A stretch of DNA of 64,000 nucleotides from the human T2T-CHM13v2.0 reference genome, Homo sapiens. How positions within the stretch are numbered: the stretch's first letter is position 1; each line of letters starts with the position of its first letter. Under the pieces are notes generated by a model, which made no database searches, had not been told where the DNA came from, and worked only from the letters and a program-made list of their open reading frames with translations. Below are positions 41,296 to 54,170 of this stretch, piece by piece. The translations under genes and the position numbers were made by a program. Where the stretch lies: NCBI RefSeq assembly GCF_009914755.1, contig NC_060935.1; one strand, 5' to 3'.

Positions 41296-41864
41296 GGATG
41301 TGAGGTTCAACCACTCAGTCAATGAGTATGCAGAGACCATGCTGCGTCCCAGAGATGATGTTTGTAAAGCATGTGGCCCACAGTTAAACGCTTCGGTGTT
41401 GATGGGAGTCTTGCGTCTGGGATGAGGACCTCATTCATATTGCAGTTTTTGGTACAGTATCAAGCAAGAATAAAAATATCCCTGATCTGAAATAGCAATG
41501 CTGACTCTACTGCTGGGGCTTCTTTATCATGTTCTCAGTTTCACTAAACTGTAAAGATGAGTTCCTACAGCCTAGGCTGGGAGAATCCACTTAGAGTAAT
41601 TTGCTACTGATTTTAAGAGGGCTCTGAGATCTGGTCTGCAGCTGTGGTGTGGGAGAGCCCTGGGCAGCCTCTCGGGCCCTGCCAGCCCTGTGGTTCCAAG
41701 CTGCCCACTCTCAAGCTGCCCAAGTCAGCTTGGCCTCCTGAGCTTTGTTTGGTAGGATGCCGGCTGTTTGGCCTTGACAGGTGCAGGTTCTGAGGTCTAA
41801 ATACCTGCTTTGAGTGTCAGTAGGCTAACAAATGATGGCCAGACTTTTCTTAAGAAAGGGGTTT

Positions 41865-42138
41865 ACCAAACACCGCTTGTTCTACTTATAAGTGGGAGCT
41901 GAACAGTGAGAACACGTGGACACATGGGATGCGGAACAACACACACTGGGGCCTGTCGGAGTGGAGGACTGGGGGACGGAGAGCATCAGGAAGAATAGCT
42001 AATGGATGCTGGGCTTAATACCTAAGTAATGGATTGATCTGTGCAGCAAACCACCATGGCGCATGTTTACCTATGCAACAAACCTGCACGTCCTGCACGT
42101 GTACCCTGGAACTTAAAATAAATATTTAAGAAAAAAAA
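41865..42138 (+). mobile_element. Older L1PA (L1PA13-16-like) 3' end
   Basis: cttataagtgggagctgaac...gagagcatcaggaagaatagctaatggatgctgggcttaatacc...aacttaaaata plus A tail. Confidence 0.9.
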
Positions 42139-45100
42139 GAGGGGGTGGTTACTATGTGGTTGTAATCCAGATGATCTTCTCTCCCCTCTTCCGAAAGAGG
42201 ACTGGACCTCAGAAGCAACCAGGGGTCCTGGTCCCATCTCTTTGATTGACAGATAGCCACTCAGGATTAGATTAAGGAACCCCACGCTATTTTTGACATA
42301 CAAGCCTCCAGAGTTTAAAAATTGAATGAGACCACTTAGCCACTTTAGCTTCAAAAAGTATTTTTTGAAATTAGCCCTAGGGGTACATTCGGAATACACA
42401 TGTCTAAGTAGCTTACTGCTGCATATACCCAAAGGAAAGAAGAAAAACACAAATCAATACAGTGATTTTTTTCTCTAGCTCCTTGGTTTTATTATAGCCC
42501 TGGTTGGAATGATGTTATTTGGTAAAACACAACTTACTGTCCTCAGAGGTATTCATATCTCTTCCCATCAGTCCATAGGGATTGCTTAACACTTGAAGAA
42601 ACATCAAGCTTTTTGACTGTACCCCAAGAGAAGTAAAAGCCTTGATAGAAGAATAGTCTGTCTCGTTCTCTATTTCTCCAAGCTCACTCTCCTACCAGAT
42701 GGCAATATGTCCAGGGACGACTGGTAATGCATTACAAAAGCACACCAGGGCCAGCTTGTAGAGTTCTTCCTGCCGGTCAAGCAGGAGGTGTGGAGCGTGG
42801 ATCTGTTCCTTCCTTCACTGTCCTCTGTCATCCTGGCCCTGATGCTTCTCTTCTGGGCCCTGAATGTGACGTAATTAACAGCTGTCTAGAACGTGCCTTT
42901 TTATGCCTTGTATTATGGTTATAATTATTCCCCTTTGCAGAGTGCCTCCCACGTACTAGGCACTCCATGTGTCATTTTGCTTGCTCTTCATTGCCACTCT
43001 ATGATGCAGACAGTGCTGCCATCTCTGTTTCACCAAAGAAGAAAAGCTGGGAGTAGCTGGTTCCTCCAGAGCAGCAGCAGCAGGAGCTCAGAGTGGCAGC
43101 AGAATCCCCCCAGAGTTAGGGGCGGTGCTGTGTTCTGGGTGGACTGTCTGGTTTGGACTAGAACTTCAGCCAGCAGTGGAGAGTCGAGCGAGCAGAGCCC
43201 CCGACTGGGGAGCGGGGCTGCAAGAGGTCAGCACCTCCCAGATATTCCAGGACCTCAGGCTTACAGCGGCAGCCCTCGCTTTGCCCAGGTGGCTTGGGAC
43301 CTCTGATGTGCTGCCACCATCAGTGAAGATTGGCTCAGAACTGGGTGGGCCTGGGCCGCAGATTGGAGCCCCACTTGGCAGGACTGGGGTGAGCCAGCCC
43401 TGGAAGAAAAATGAGAAAATTGGGAAACTCCTTGACAAATTGTCAGTTGGGCCCCAGTTGTTTGACTATAGAGGTGAAATGAGTGTTCAAAATCAGTTAG
43501 TCCAACCCCTTCCTTTCTAAATGAGCGAGCTGAGACCTTCCTGGCAAGATACAGTAACTTGCCTCAAATCCTGTGGGTGTTTGTAGGGGCAAGACCAGAA
43601 CAAAACCCCTGGTTTTCTGGTTCCTTTTCAACTGCTTTTCCCACTTTGCCACCCTCTGCCTCTTTTATACTAATTCTACAGCTGGGGCACCAGTGCCACA
43701 GAACCCAGGAGGACGTTAGAAACCAGAATCCGGATGCCCTGCCACGTGTGCACAGCAGGCCTCTTTCTGTGGGATCTGTCTGTCCCGCTCCTCCAGATTG
43801 ACCAGGCATTGCCATTGAAAACAATTTCAAAATGCATTTTTTACCCAGTAATTTAAGAAACAATATTCACCTTAGGAAATACACGCAAATGAAAGAGGGT
43901 TTGCTGTCAGGTAGTGGAGAGCATTTATTAGAACCTGCTGGGTATAAAACCAACTACAAGGCACTTTGAAATTACAGAAATGACCTGACCTCACTCTAGG
44001 TAAATTATAGTCTGGCTTCTTGGTGTGATTTTTTTTATCCCCTCTTTTTCTCCAATTAACTGCTTGAGGCATCTCGAAAATATTGTTATCAATTTCTAAT
44101 TTGAAGACCAAGAAACTTTCAGCAGCAAATTATTTAACCAGCTAGAACTCGCATGTCCAGGGACTTATTCGTGTTCATAATACCAACCACTTGGAAAGCA
44201 AATGACCTCCTCAACCTTGGGACCAGGAGGCTGCTTTGAATCTTGTGGGTCAGTGTCCTCAGGAGAGTGAGCTGGGGTATGACACTTCTGTGTCATTTGA
44301 CTTTCTCTTGATCGTTTAAAATAGGGAAACAAAAAGATTGTATAGGAAAATGTCCTTATATATTTTCTTCTATATTTTCTACATGTAGGCAATGTCTAGG
44401 GAGTATGTAAGCTGTAGAGGTCCATGCTGAATGCTCAGAAAGATCTATCATTCCAATGGAAAGGGCATCTGCACTTGTGCAGTGGCTATGAATTCCCAAA
44501 TTCAAGGAAGAGCTAACAAATCACTGAATGGCTTTTTCTTTAAAGTGAAGCAAATGTTGTAGAGAGGAGGGGAAAAAATCAATCAACAAGCATAGAGATA
44601 CCAGGAATAAATAATAATCTTTTACATATAAAAAGAGCATCTGTCCTTGGGACTCCATAGCTTTGAAGGCAAGATGAATTCAGCTAGGAACTGAGGGAAA
44701 CAATTGAAATTTTTCTCTTGTTGGGTTCAGCAGGGGATTGAGAGTCCTAGTTAATGCACCTGTAGAGGTTTAAAATTCATCAATATAACAGAATAAAGAT
44801 AAGAGGCAGGTAGTTCCTTATACCATGGAACAGAAAGCTTTCTATGCTCAAAGTCTGCCATTTAGTGCCAGCTATCCTTTTAACTACCATTTTGAAGATA
44901 CAATAGCAGTAATTCATCTTGTTTTATGATTTATAGCTAACTCAGAATTTCTAAAGACTTTTTATTTCAGAACCCCAAAGTCTCATTTTAGGAAGGCAGT
45001 GTCTGATGCCTCATACATACCCACACCTTTCTTTTTCTTATGCTTAACAAGAATCCGCTCTGAGCCTCTAGAATGCTTCTCACACTATATCCTCCTAGTG

Positions 45101-45391
45101 ACTAGCACATTCGTCTGTGGGAGCTTTGGACATGACTCACACAGGGAATATGTCAGGCCGACCTGCTTAGCAAATCAATAGAAAGATTGCCCAACTGATC
45201 AGCTGACACTTATGGAGACCTTCCACTTGTGGTGTGTGAGTTGTCATCCTGGGCTAGGTGGACCAAGGATGTCAAACTGTGTGCTAAGGGCAGTGGTGTC
45301 CAGTCGTAACGTCCTGTCTTTTATATTATATCCATTTTGATTGCAAGTCATATCTACTTTTAGAAAAATATGATGTTTTCATGTATATTGA

Positions 45392-45509
45392 TGTACTAGT
45401 CTGGGTTCTCCAGAGAAAGAGAACCAATAGGAGATACATACACACACATGCATATAAGTGTGTGTGTATATATACATTATATATATGTGTATGTGTGTGC
45501 ATTTATATT

Positions 45510-45559
<50 letters not shown>

Positions 45560-45985
45560 TTATAAGGAATTGGCTTACACAGTTATGGAGGCTGAGATAT
45601 CCAAGATGTGCAGTTAGAAAGCTGAAGACCCAAGAGAGCTTATAGTCTAGTTTCAATCTGAGTCCAAGAACCAAGAGAGCAGATGGTGTAAGATCCAGTC
45701 CGAGTCCAAGTCTGAAGGCAGAAGAAAACCAATGTCCCAGCTCAAAGATAGTCAAGCCGAAAGAAAGAACTATTTATTAATCAGTCTTTTATTTTATTGA
45801 GACCTTCAACTGACTGGATGAGGCACACCCACATTGGGAAAGTCAGTCTGCTTTACTCAGTCTACCCAATTTCAATGTTAATCTCATTCAGAAACACCCT
45901 CACAGACACAATCAGAACAATGTTTGACCAAATATCTGGGCACCTTATGGCTCAGGAAAATTGATGCATAAAATTAACCATCACA
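45392..45985 (-). mobile_element. MLT2 (MLT2B-like) ERVL solo LTR with internal (TA)/(GA) microsatellite
   Basis: tgtactagtctgggttctccagagaaagagaaccaatagga...aaaattaaccatcaca. Confidence 0.9.
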
Positions 45986-46229
45986 ATCAGTTTTAGTGTA
46001 GCATTGTACTTCCTAAAGTGTTACAGGGACAAACGTGAAAACAAATGCATGAAATGGGAGTTTCTGCAGCGCTATGTCACACTGCTTAACGTAATACATG
46101 GCCAAGTAGGCAGAACAACATTAGAATGATTGTAAAAATAAGCAATTCCAGGAAGGGGCTTGAAGAGTTTAACTGAGTTTAATAGTATTTGCAATTCGTC
46201 AGTTATCCCAGGTAGGTTATTGACTAAGC

Positions 46230-46436
46230 CAGTGACCCCCCTCACCTGGCTGTATGTAAAAATCACTTGAGGAGCTCTTTAAAACTAGAACCACAGTGGC
46301 CCTACCCCGGAGGTACTGATTCAAGATTTTCAGGCTGTAGCAAGGAAATCTATTTTTAACAAGTTCTGGAGGTGATTCTTAACCAGATAACCTGCCCCTG
46401 GTCCAGAGCCTGCCCCCGCTGCATTTGGGGACCATT
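46230..46436. mobile_element. MER5-like hAT MITE
   Basis: aatcacttgaggagctctttaaaa...tatttttaacaagttctggaggtgattct. Confidence 0.65.
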
Positions 46437-46575
46437 AGACTGGTGTGAATCTCAGAAAACAACGGTCATAATATGATTTTCAGGTTATTTCAGCAACTAT
46501 CTTTTAAGGCATGGCCAGGCACTATGCTGGGTATTGGGAATGCAAACAGTCCTTACAAAGTTCAGTCATTTAGGC

Positions 46576-46894
46576 CAGGGGTCCCCAGCCCTGGGCTGCA
46601 GATTGGTACCAGGCCATGGCCTGTTAGAAACCGGGCTGCACGGCAGGAGGTGAGCAGTGGGCCAGTGAGCATTACTGCCTGAGCTCTGCCTCCTGTCAGT
46701 TCAGCAGCAGCATTAGATTCTCATAGAAGTGCGTGCGAGGGTTCTAGGTTGTATGCTGCTTATGAAAATCTAATGCCTGATGATCACAGCTGAAACAGTT
46801 TCAGCCCAAAACCACCTCCCAACCCTCTGCCGGTCCATGGAAAAATTGTCTTCCATGAAACTTGTCCCTGGTGCCAAAAACTTGGGGACTGCTG
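46576..46894 (+). mobile_element. MER1B hAT MITE, inserted in an L2 fragment
   Basis: TIRs caggggtcccca / ttggggactgctg; 8-bp TSD atttaggc (46568-46575) / atttagac (46895-46902). Confidence 0.93.
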
Positions 46895-47982
46895 ATTTAG
46901 ACAGATGATAATGCATTACATTATAACACAGTAAGAGGTTTGATTAAGGCACAAGCTAATTGCTATAGGATCACAAAGGAAGAATTGACCTTTCTACCTC
47001 TTTACCTTCATTCCACATTCTTGGAGAACACTTGGTCAGATTTTGACAGTTAAGATCAGGAGATGGCCCCGCATCGGCACTCTGGGGGCCTGGGTTGGTG
47101 TTTCATGGGAGAAAGAATCCAGAAGTGTCACATTTTGAAGCTTACAAAGGGTCGCCCTCTATTCTGTTCAGTCTAGTGTGTCCCAGCCCTCTGGCAGCTG
47201 ATCAGGGTCTCATGGAGTGTCCTAGCAATAGCCTCTGAGTTCAGAGCATGCAACAGGATATTCACACACAGCAGAGGTGCGAAGCCAGTGTCCCAGCTGG
47301 TGTTTCTGGAAGGCTGTGAGAAGCAACAGAATTAGCATAGAGGGTGGCTTCTTGCTCAGGCTCCTTAGGGGACATGAGTGACACTCACTAATGTGTCCTC
47401 CAGTTAGTTCCATCTCTTTTTGTTGCCATAATGGTACTTTCCTTCTCAACTGAAGTTCTTAGCTCCCTTTCTTGACTAATTCTCACCTTTGCAGGTTTGC
47501 CTCTTGCAACTGGTATCTAAGGGAGTTCCCCAGGTAAGGAGAAGCCTCATATCTGAGCTGAATAGCAAGGCTTTTTGCTAAGATGCAAAAATAAGCCAAA
47601 TTCGTGTTTGACTGCAGCAGATTTTTGCTCTGTGAGGAAACTAGACCCGACCTTCTTGACTTCAGGCTTTGGTCTCTGGGTCAGTCTTCCTCGTGACATT
47701 ACAAAAGGATCTTGGTCCAAGACAAGAGCCAACCCTAGAATTGAATTCATTTTGGGCATTTGATGGCCTTTCCCCAAGGGTTCAGGGAAGGTACAGGACA
47801 CAGAGGGTAAGCAGTCTTTGATGTGGTGGTTATTTTTGTTTGTTTGATTTTTTAGCCTTATAACTTACCTAGAAGTTTTGGAGAAAAATTTGAGTTTATC
47901 ATCACCTCTCCTCAGCTAGAAAACAGGCAAATAACTCACAGTCCAGTGAGTTTTGAGTCTGATATTGTGTACACTGAGGATC

Positions 47983-48000
47983 TGTGTGTGTGTGTGTGTG

Positions 48001-48031
<31 letters not shown>
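47983..48031. repeat. Interrupted (TG)n microsatellite
   Basis: Direct reading. Confidence 0.95.
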
Positions 48032-49610
48032 TTTGGCATTAAGATCTGCATAAGCTATTCCAAATGTGTCAAACTTGCTTAAATGGACTCAGTGAGGAAC
48101 GCTCCATGAAATGTGAAGCTATGTGTAGACCCCACACTGGAAAAGAGGAGTAGACAGTAGTCACTTATACCTCCAGAGAGCAGAAAGAAACTCAGCAACA
48201 GATTCGTTGTACCAGAGGGAGTTTGAGGACCGCCACTGGAATTGTGTGCTCTTTTTTCTCGGGCCATTTATTCTGGCAACTCTGGCCCTTTAGCAGACTT
48301 GGTTGTCAGGTTATTACCATTTAATAGCTTTCTATAAGATACTGGCATCTTTAAAGGCCAAATAGTGTTGCTGACAGCTATGACTTTATAGAAATAAAGG
48401 CAGCTTGCCTTGTTATAAAATAAGGTACATTGCATGAGCAGGAGTATGTATTCATATAGATCAGTGCCTTTTCTTTTTGACCAAAGTTTGTTGCTACTGT
48501 TGCTGCTGTTGGGTGTGGAGGACTTCTGTCTGTTTGCCAGTCCTGTAACATATTCAGAAAGCTCACCCTGGGAATTTGAGGGTGTGAGGAGAGAGAGAGC
48601 CAAAGGGGAATGAAGGTAGGGATGCTGTTAGACAAAAGACGGGCATGTCGGGGAGATCCCAGCCCTTGTGAAACCAGCAGCCCATTTTATCACCATCGTC
48701 TGTGGATGAAAGCCTGAAAGCCACACCTCATCCTCTATGATGAGACCCTGAGAACCTCAAAGGGGCTCCTCAGTCACCCCCAGGACTCCACATCTATCTA
48801 AGAGCAGACAGATGTGTTACTGTTTCTACAGCAGCAGAAATTACAGCCTTGGCTGTCTGAAGCATTAGAGCCATTCAGCATGGAGTTTGTTTGGGGAAGT
48901 TTCTTATAGGAATAGAAGAGAACTGAAACTTGAATCTCTCAGCATTATATTTCAAAACATCCTGCATGAACTCCTTATTTAAATCTGTTCAGATTGATAC
49001 TAGTCTGAGGGCTTCTCAGTTTTAGAGCTGTCAGTCCAATTTGGAATAGAAACTAGTTATTGCACCCCATATTTAGCTACTGTTGAGGTTGATTCTATTT
49101 TTAAAGAAGAAAATTTCAGTGACTGGTGACCTGGGTTCTTTTTAAGGAACCCAGTTTTGCCTGGTCACTGTGACTTGACACAAACCAGTGACTTTTGGTC
49201 ACTAACATTCCCAGGGGGAATTCACTGTCCAGGGAGACAGGGTGAGGAAGGTGGTGTGTGTGTGTGTGAGTGTGAGTGTGTGTGTGTGTGTCTCCCTGTG
49301 TGTATGTATGTGGTTTCTTCCCATTGTCCCACTCACATCTCTTATTTAGAGTTGGTGCTGGGATGCCAGGCAGAGTCACCGTGGTCACTGTAAACTTCCA
49401 CCTCCAGAAAAGGCATTTGTTCTCCTGAAGATGGAAGGAAGTTTTCTGCAGACCTCCCCTGAAAAGAGTTTGTCCTCTCCGTAGGCTTTTCCCTTTCATT
49501 TAGACAGCAATACCAGTGATCCAGGAATAAGGAAGCTTAGTTACTTGGTTTTAAAGTTATAAATAACTAGAATTTGTCACCTTGGTAGGGAAGTTAAGAA
49601 GCATAGCCTC

Positions 49611-49889
49611 GGCCGGGCACGGTGGCTCACACCTGTAATCCCAGCACTTTGGGAGACTGAGGCAGGCAGATCACAAGGTCAGGAATTTGAGACCAGCCTG
49701 GCCAATATGGTGAAACCCCGTCTGTACTAAAAATGCAAAAATTAGCCAGGCATGGTGGCGTGTGCTTGTAGTCCCAGCTACTTAGGAGGCTGAGGCCAGA
49801 GAATCACTTGAACCCAGGAGGCAGAGGTTGCAGTGAGCCGAGATCATGCCACTGCAGTCTGGCCTGGGTGACAGAGCGAGATTCTGTCT

Positions 49890-49915
<26 letters not shown>
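49611..49915 (+). mobile_element. Alu (AluSg-like)
   Basis: Full-length; TSD aagaagcatagcct on both sides. Confidence 0.97.
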
Positions 49916-49920
<5 letters not shown>

Positions 49921-51929
49921 GCATAGCCTTTGTGAAATTCTTCCTAGAAGGAGACTTAGCTGCCATCTGATTAACTTGGTTTGTGTTTGTTTCTCATGGG
50001 TGAGCCTCGTTACTTGTCCCTGACCTTTGAATTGGTTCCTTGGGACTCCATTCTGATTTTAGTCCTTGAACATCAAAGCACATTATGACATTGTGCCTTG
50101 GGGGTGAGGGGCTGTCTTTAATGTTTCTGTCTTTGATTTCACAGACTGGGATTCAAAGGCTCTCTTGCCTGTTGGATGAAGCAAAGCGAGTTTGTCAAGG
50201 ACAGTTGGGTTTGGATTGAGGGAGGAGGAAAGTCTTAAGAAAATCGTGAAAGAACTTAGTACTGATTGCTTAAATAAAAAATAAAAATGCTACCATAAAA
50301 ACAAAACCCAAACAAACAAGGAAAAAAAAAAAAACTATGCTGGATAAAAGGATCTCATTCCATATTCAATTTGTATGACTTATTAGCAGTTCTTTTTGGA
50401 TGTAGCATTATTCTGGGCAGGAAGACAGGAGCATAATTAGCACATGGGGGAGGTCCCAGTGACCAAGTTTGTGTGTTTGGTCGTGTTCCCCCAACCTCAC
50501 TACTCCTACCAGTGAACCATTTCCCCAGCCCTCCCAACTGACTCCACCTAAATCTTTGATTTATTATAAGTCAGAAAAAATGGATAGCAACCTTGAGAGC
50601 AGCCAGAGGCCCTTGCTGTTCTTAGACACATAAATCACAAGGTAGAAGTACGAAGAATGAAGACAGAATGTCAGTAACCAGCCTGGGGGTTGGGGAAGGA
50701 TTTTGGGACTTTTCTGGATCTCTGAAATTACAGCGTGTGAAGACAGGAGGAGGCCATCCACATAGCCTGAGGACTGTTAACTAACTGAGAAGGAGAAAGT
50801 AATGCTATGGGTAATTCTGTGGATGGATGCATCATAATGTTGCCAGATGTAATACTGCAGACTCACAGAAGAAGAATGTATTTTGGATGTGCCAGCACCG
50901 CCCCACGGCCACCATCTGCTGCTGCCCCTTCTCCTCTCCCCTCTCCACACCCAGCCCTAGGTTGGGCTACTCTGGGTTCTGAGTTCCTGATAAGCCATGG
51001 TCATGATGACGTGGCATTTCCTACCCTGATGAGTGGTGAAAAGCTGTGGGTTCCAGGGACAGCTTCTCATTTGTTCCCTAACTCAAGAAAGCGAAACAAC
51101 GATGTCCCAGGGTATTCTGTTTGGCAAGTTATTATTCAAATGGCTGGATTTTCTTCTGCTCTACCTCCTTCAAAATTTTGTATAACTTAGTTTATGTATT
51201 ATCTAGCAGGTCAGGCACCATCTGATCTGGTGTGACAGTGGTTGTGGGGGTGGGGAATGGACTCTCCATCCAGTAGAAGAGTGTGACCTCCAACAGGAAT
51301 CCCTTTAACATGGACACTCTACAGATGACCCCTTAAGGAGAATGGCTGCTTGGAGACAGCACAAGTTGAGTGGCTATATGAATAATCTGTTTCAAATGCA
51401 CACTCTGCAGGGAGTGGGGGCAGAACCAGTCACAATTTATGGATCATCAAAGGATAATTTTATTATCAACGTTTTAATAAGGAAAGGTATGGCTTATCCA
51501 GAACCCAAATTGGGGGATCAGTAGTAATCCATAGATGGGAAAATGAAAATCCAACTAGCAGCCCCCGACCCCATCCCTGTTGGCATCCACCACCAATGCT
51601 GAGAACTGAGCTATAGAGACAGAAGGGAAGGGCTGCAGGTGGACATTGAGGCTGGACCCACTGGTGGTGAGGAGCAGGGTTGGAGGGAATTCGGTTCAGA
51701 GAGGAAGGAAAGTCTACGGCAGGGAGAAGAGTGTAGCCAGGTGGGCTCAGGAATTCCAGCAACCTGTTTCCATTCCCTGTTTAAACTTAGTATATCCCTG
51801 GGCCTGAATCATATAGCTCCTAGGAGACAGTGTTTTTCTTTTCTTACATGCCTGCCTGCCAGTTCACCCAGTAGAAAATCAACTTCTTTTTCATCAGAGT
51901 TAATTTTGAGATTGACTTTATAGAAATAT

Positions 51930-52125
51930 ATACTTAAGAGCAAGGGCTGTGGAGCTGGATCTCCCTGGGTTCACATCTTGGCTTTACTGCTTACCAGCCT
52001 TGTGGCCTTGGGCTGGTTATTTAACCTCTCCATTCCTCAGTTTGTTTGTTTGTCAAATAGGATAATAGCAATACCTATCTTATAGGATTGTTGTGTGGAT
52101 TAAGTGAAGTGCTTGGTACAGTGGC
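51930..52125 (+). mobile_element. MIR
   Basis: ttaagagcaagggctgtggagctggatctccctgggttcacatcttggc...tgtggccttgggctggttatttaacctctc. Confidence 0.85.
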
Positions 52126-52130
52126 ACAGA

Positions 52131-52195
52131 AGATAGATAGAGATAGATAGATACACATGTACATACATAGATATACACACATGTATGTGTGTATA

Positions 52196-52232
<37 letters not shown>

Positions 52233-52238
52233 GTATAT
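52131..52238. repeat. Compound (GATA)n/(TG)n/(TA)n low-complexity repeat
   Basis: Direct reading. Confidence 0.9.
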
Positions 52239-53799
52239 GAATGTGGAATTTTCCACTTGATATAAACCAAATTTAACAATTCTTTGCACTGGTTGTTGGA
52301 GACATTGTAAGCCTTTGTATCTTCAATAGCCCAGATGTGCTTAAAGCAATGAACACATAAGGACATTATTGAAAGGCACGGGCAGGATCTAAAATTCTCA
52401 GGATGAAGTTGCATGCTAGCATTCTCTGAATTTCTATTTTCTGAATGTAAAGAATAAAACATCTGCAAACAACAGCTGGACAAATATTGAAAGATATAAT
52501 TCCAACTTCTTGCCATGTTGGCAAAAGCAGTTGAGAGAGAGGGAAATGCTTCGCCTTGTATCAGTACCTTTTTATAGCTGGAAGAAAAGAACATCGACGA
52601 GTCATTTTGTCAAGGTTTCAGGAGAGCAGACCAAAGAAAACATCGTCTGGAGCCTCCTGGAAGCAATCAGATAGTGTACAGCCATTTACTAAGAAGGCCT
52701 ATCTTATCAGGGCAGATTGATGGATTGTGCTTTGTTTATCTGGAGAAGCTTAGCTGAGTTCCAAACATCAATTTGCATCCTTGCTCTACATTTTAGTAAT
52801 TCAGTTTCATGCAAAGTGCTGGCCCGCAATAAGGGTCTGCTTAGACAAGGGAAAGAACAGGAAAGGTGGCCTGAAAAGGGAGCAAGAAACCTGAGCTTCT
52901 GTTAAAAAGTGCCCCTGGGGTTGGTGGGAGGCACTGGATGGATTAATCAGCTTGCCACAGGACTAGCAGAGCACACACCATTTGTCCAGCTTATTTAGCT
53001 GTGCTTAATAGAGCTATTCTCTCCCTTTAATGAGAGAATGGCTCTATTGGGATGCAGGTGAGACCGGGACAGAGCAGGCAAAGAGGAAACAGTTGAAGAA
53101 ATAACTACTGAGGACACAAAAAGAAAATGAGACACAGAAGCAATAGAAAGCCCTGGGTCAAGTGTCAGGACAACGGCCAACCCTGTGGCTTTCAGACTTT
53201 GCTGCAGGCATCCCAGATTTCTGTTCCTGGTGTTTTCCTACCTATAAAATGAACGGGTTGGAGATAAGCGTCAGGTCCTTTCCAGCTCTAACCTCCTTTG
53301 TTAGTAAATGGCTCTGCAATCCTGGCCATGACTCCAACATAGTAGAAGATGGAAAAGTTGTGCTTATCATTAGGCCAGTTTCACCCCTTCTTGGCAGACC
53401 CCCCACACCCTTGGCTATCTGCTCCTCAGTGCATGAGGCTGCAGGACATTCCTGCCTTCACCTGTTGTGTTCTATATAAGACTGGGCTGATGTCCACTTG
53501 AAAAGGATTTCACTCCTGGCCTGGAATCTGGCCCTTTTGGAGCTCTATGGAGATACTTCTGATTTTTTTTGCTGCTTTGGTAGGAAGCAATAACATCTGG
53601 AAAGCATTCTCGTCTTCTATGAGACTCTGTTAAAACTAGAAAACAAACAAGCAGGCGTGTATCATCAAGTTAGGCGGGAGTCTCTCCTGGCTATGTGCTT
53701 GATCCACGGCTTTGGTCTAGGACATGTCTGTCTCCTGCTCTTGCTTATGCTCCCTTTGAGTCATTTCTTCTGACTGCCCATTAAGATGCTCCAGCGGGC

Positions 53800-54170
53800 T
53801 CCAGGCACAGTGGCTTATGCCAGCCTGGAGAGCCCAGCACTTCGAGAGGCCGAGGCGGTTGGATCATCTGAGGTCAGGAGTTCGAGACCAGCCTGGTGAA
53901 CATGGTGAAACCCCATCTCTACAAATAATACAGAAATTAGCAGGGCATGCTAATTGGTGATGTGGGCCTGTAATCTCAGCTACTTGGGAGGATGAGGTGG
54001 GAGAATCGCTTGAACCTGGGAGGCAGAGGTTGCAGTGAAGCGAGATCCAGCCTGGGCAAGAAGAGCAAAATTCTGTGTCAAAAAAAGAAAGGAAGAAAAA
54101 GAAAAAAAGAAAGAGAGAAACAGAGAAAGAGAGAAAGAGAAAGGGAAAGGAAAAGAAATGAGAAAAGAGA
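53800..54170 (+). mobile_element. Rearranged Alu (AluSp/Sq-like) with ~90-nt purine-only tail
   Basis: Alu consensus with internal indels; cctgggcaagaagagcaaaa; GA-rich tail 54080-54171. Confidence 0.92.
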
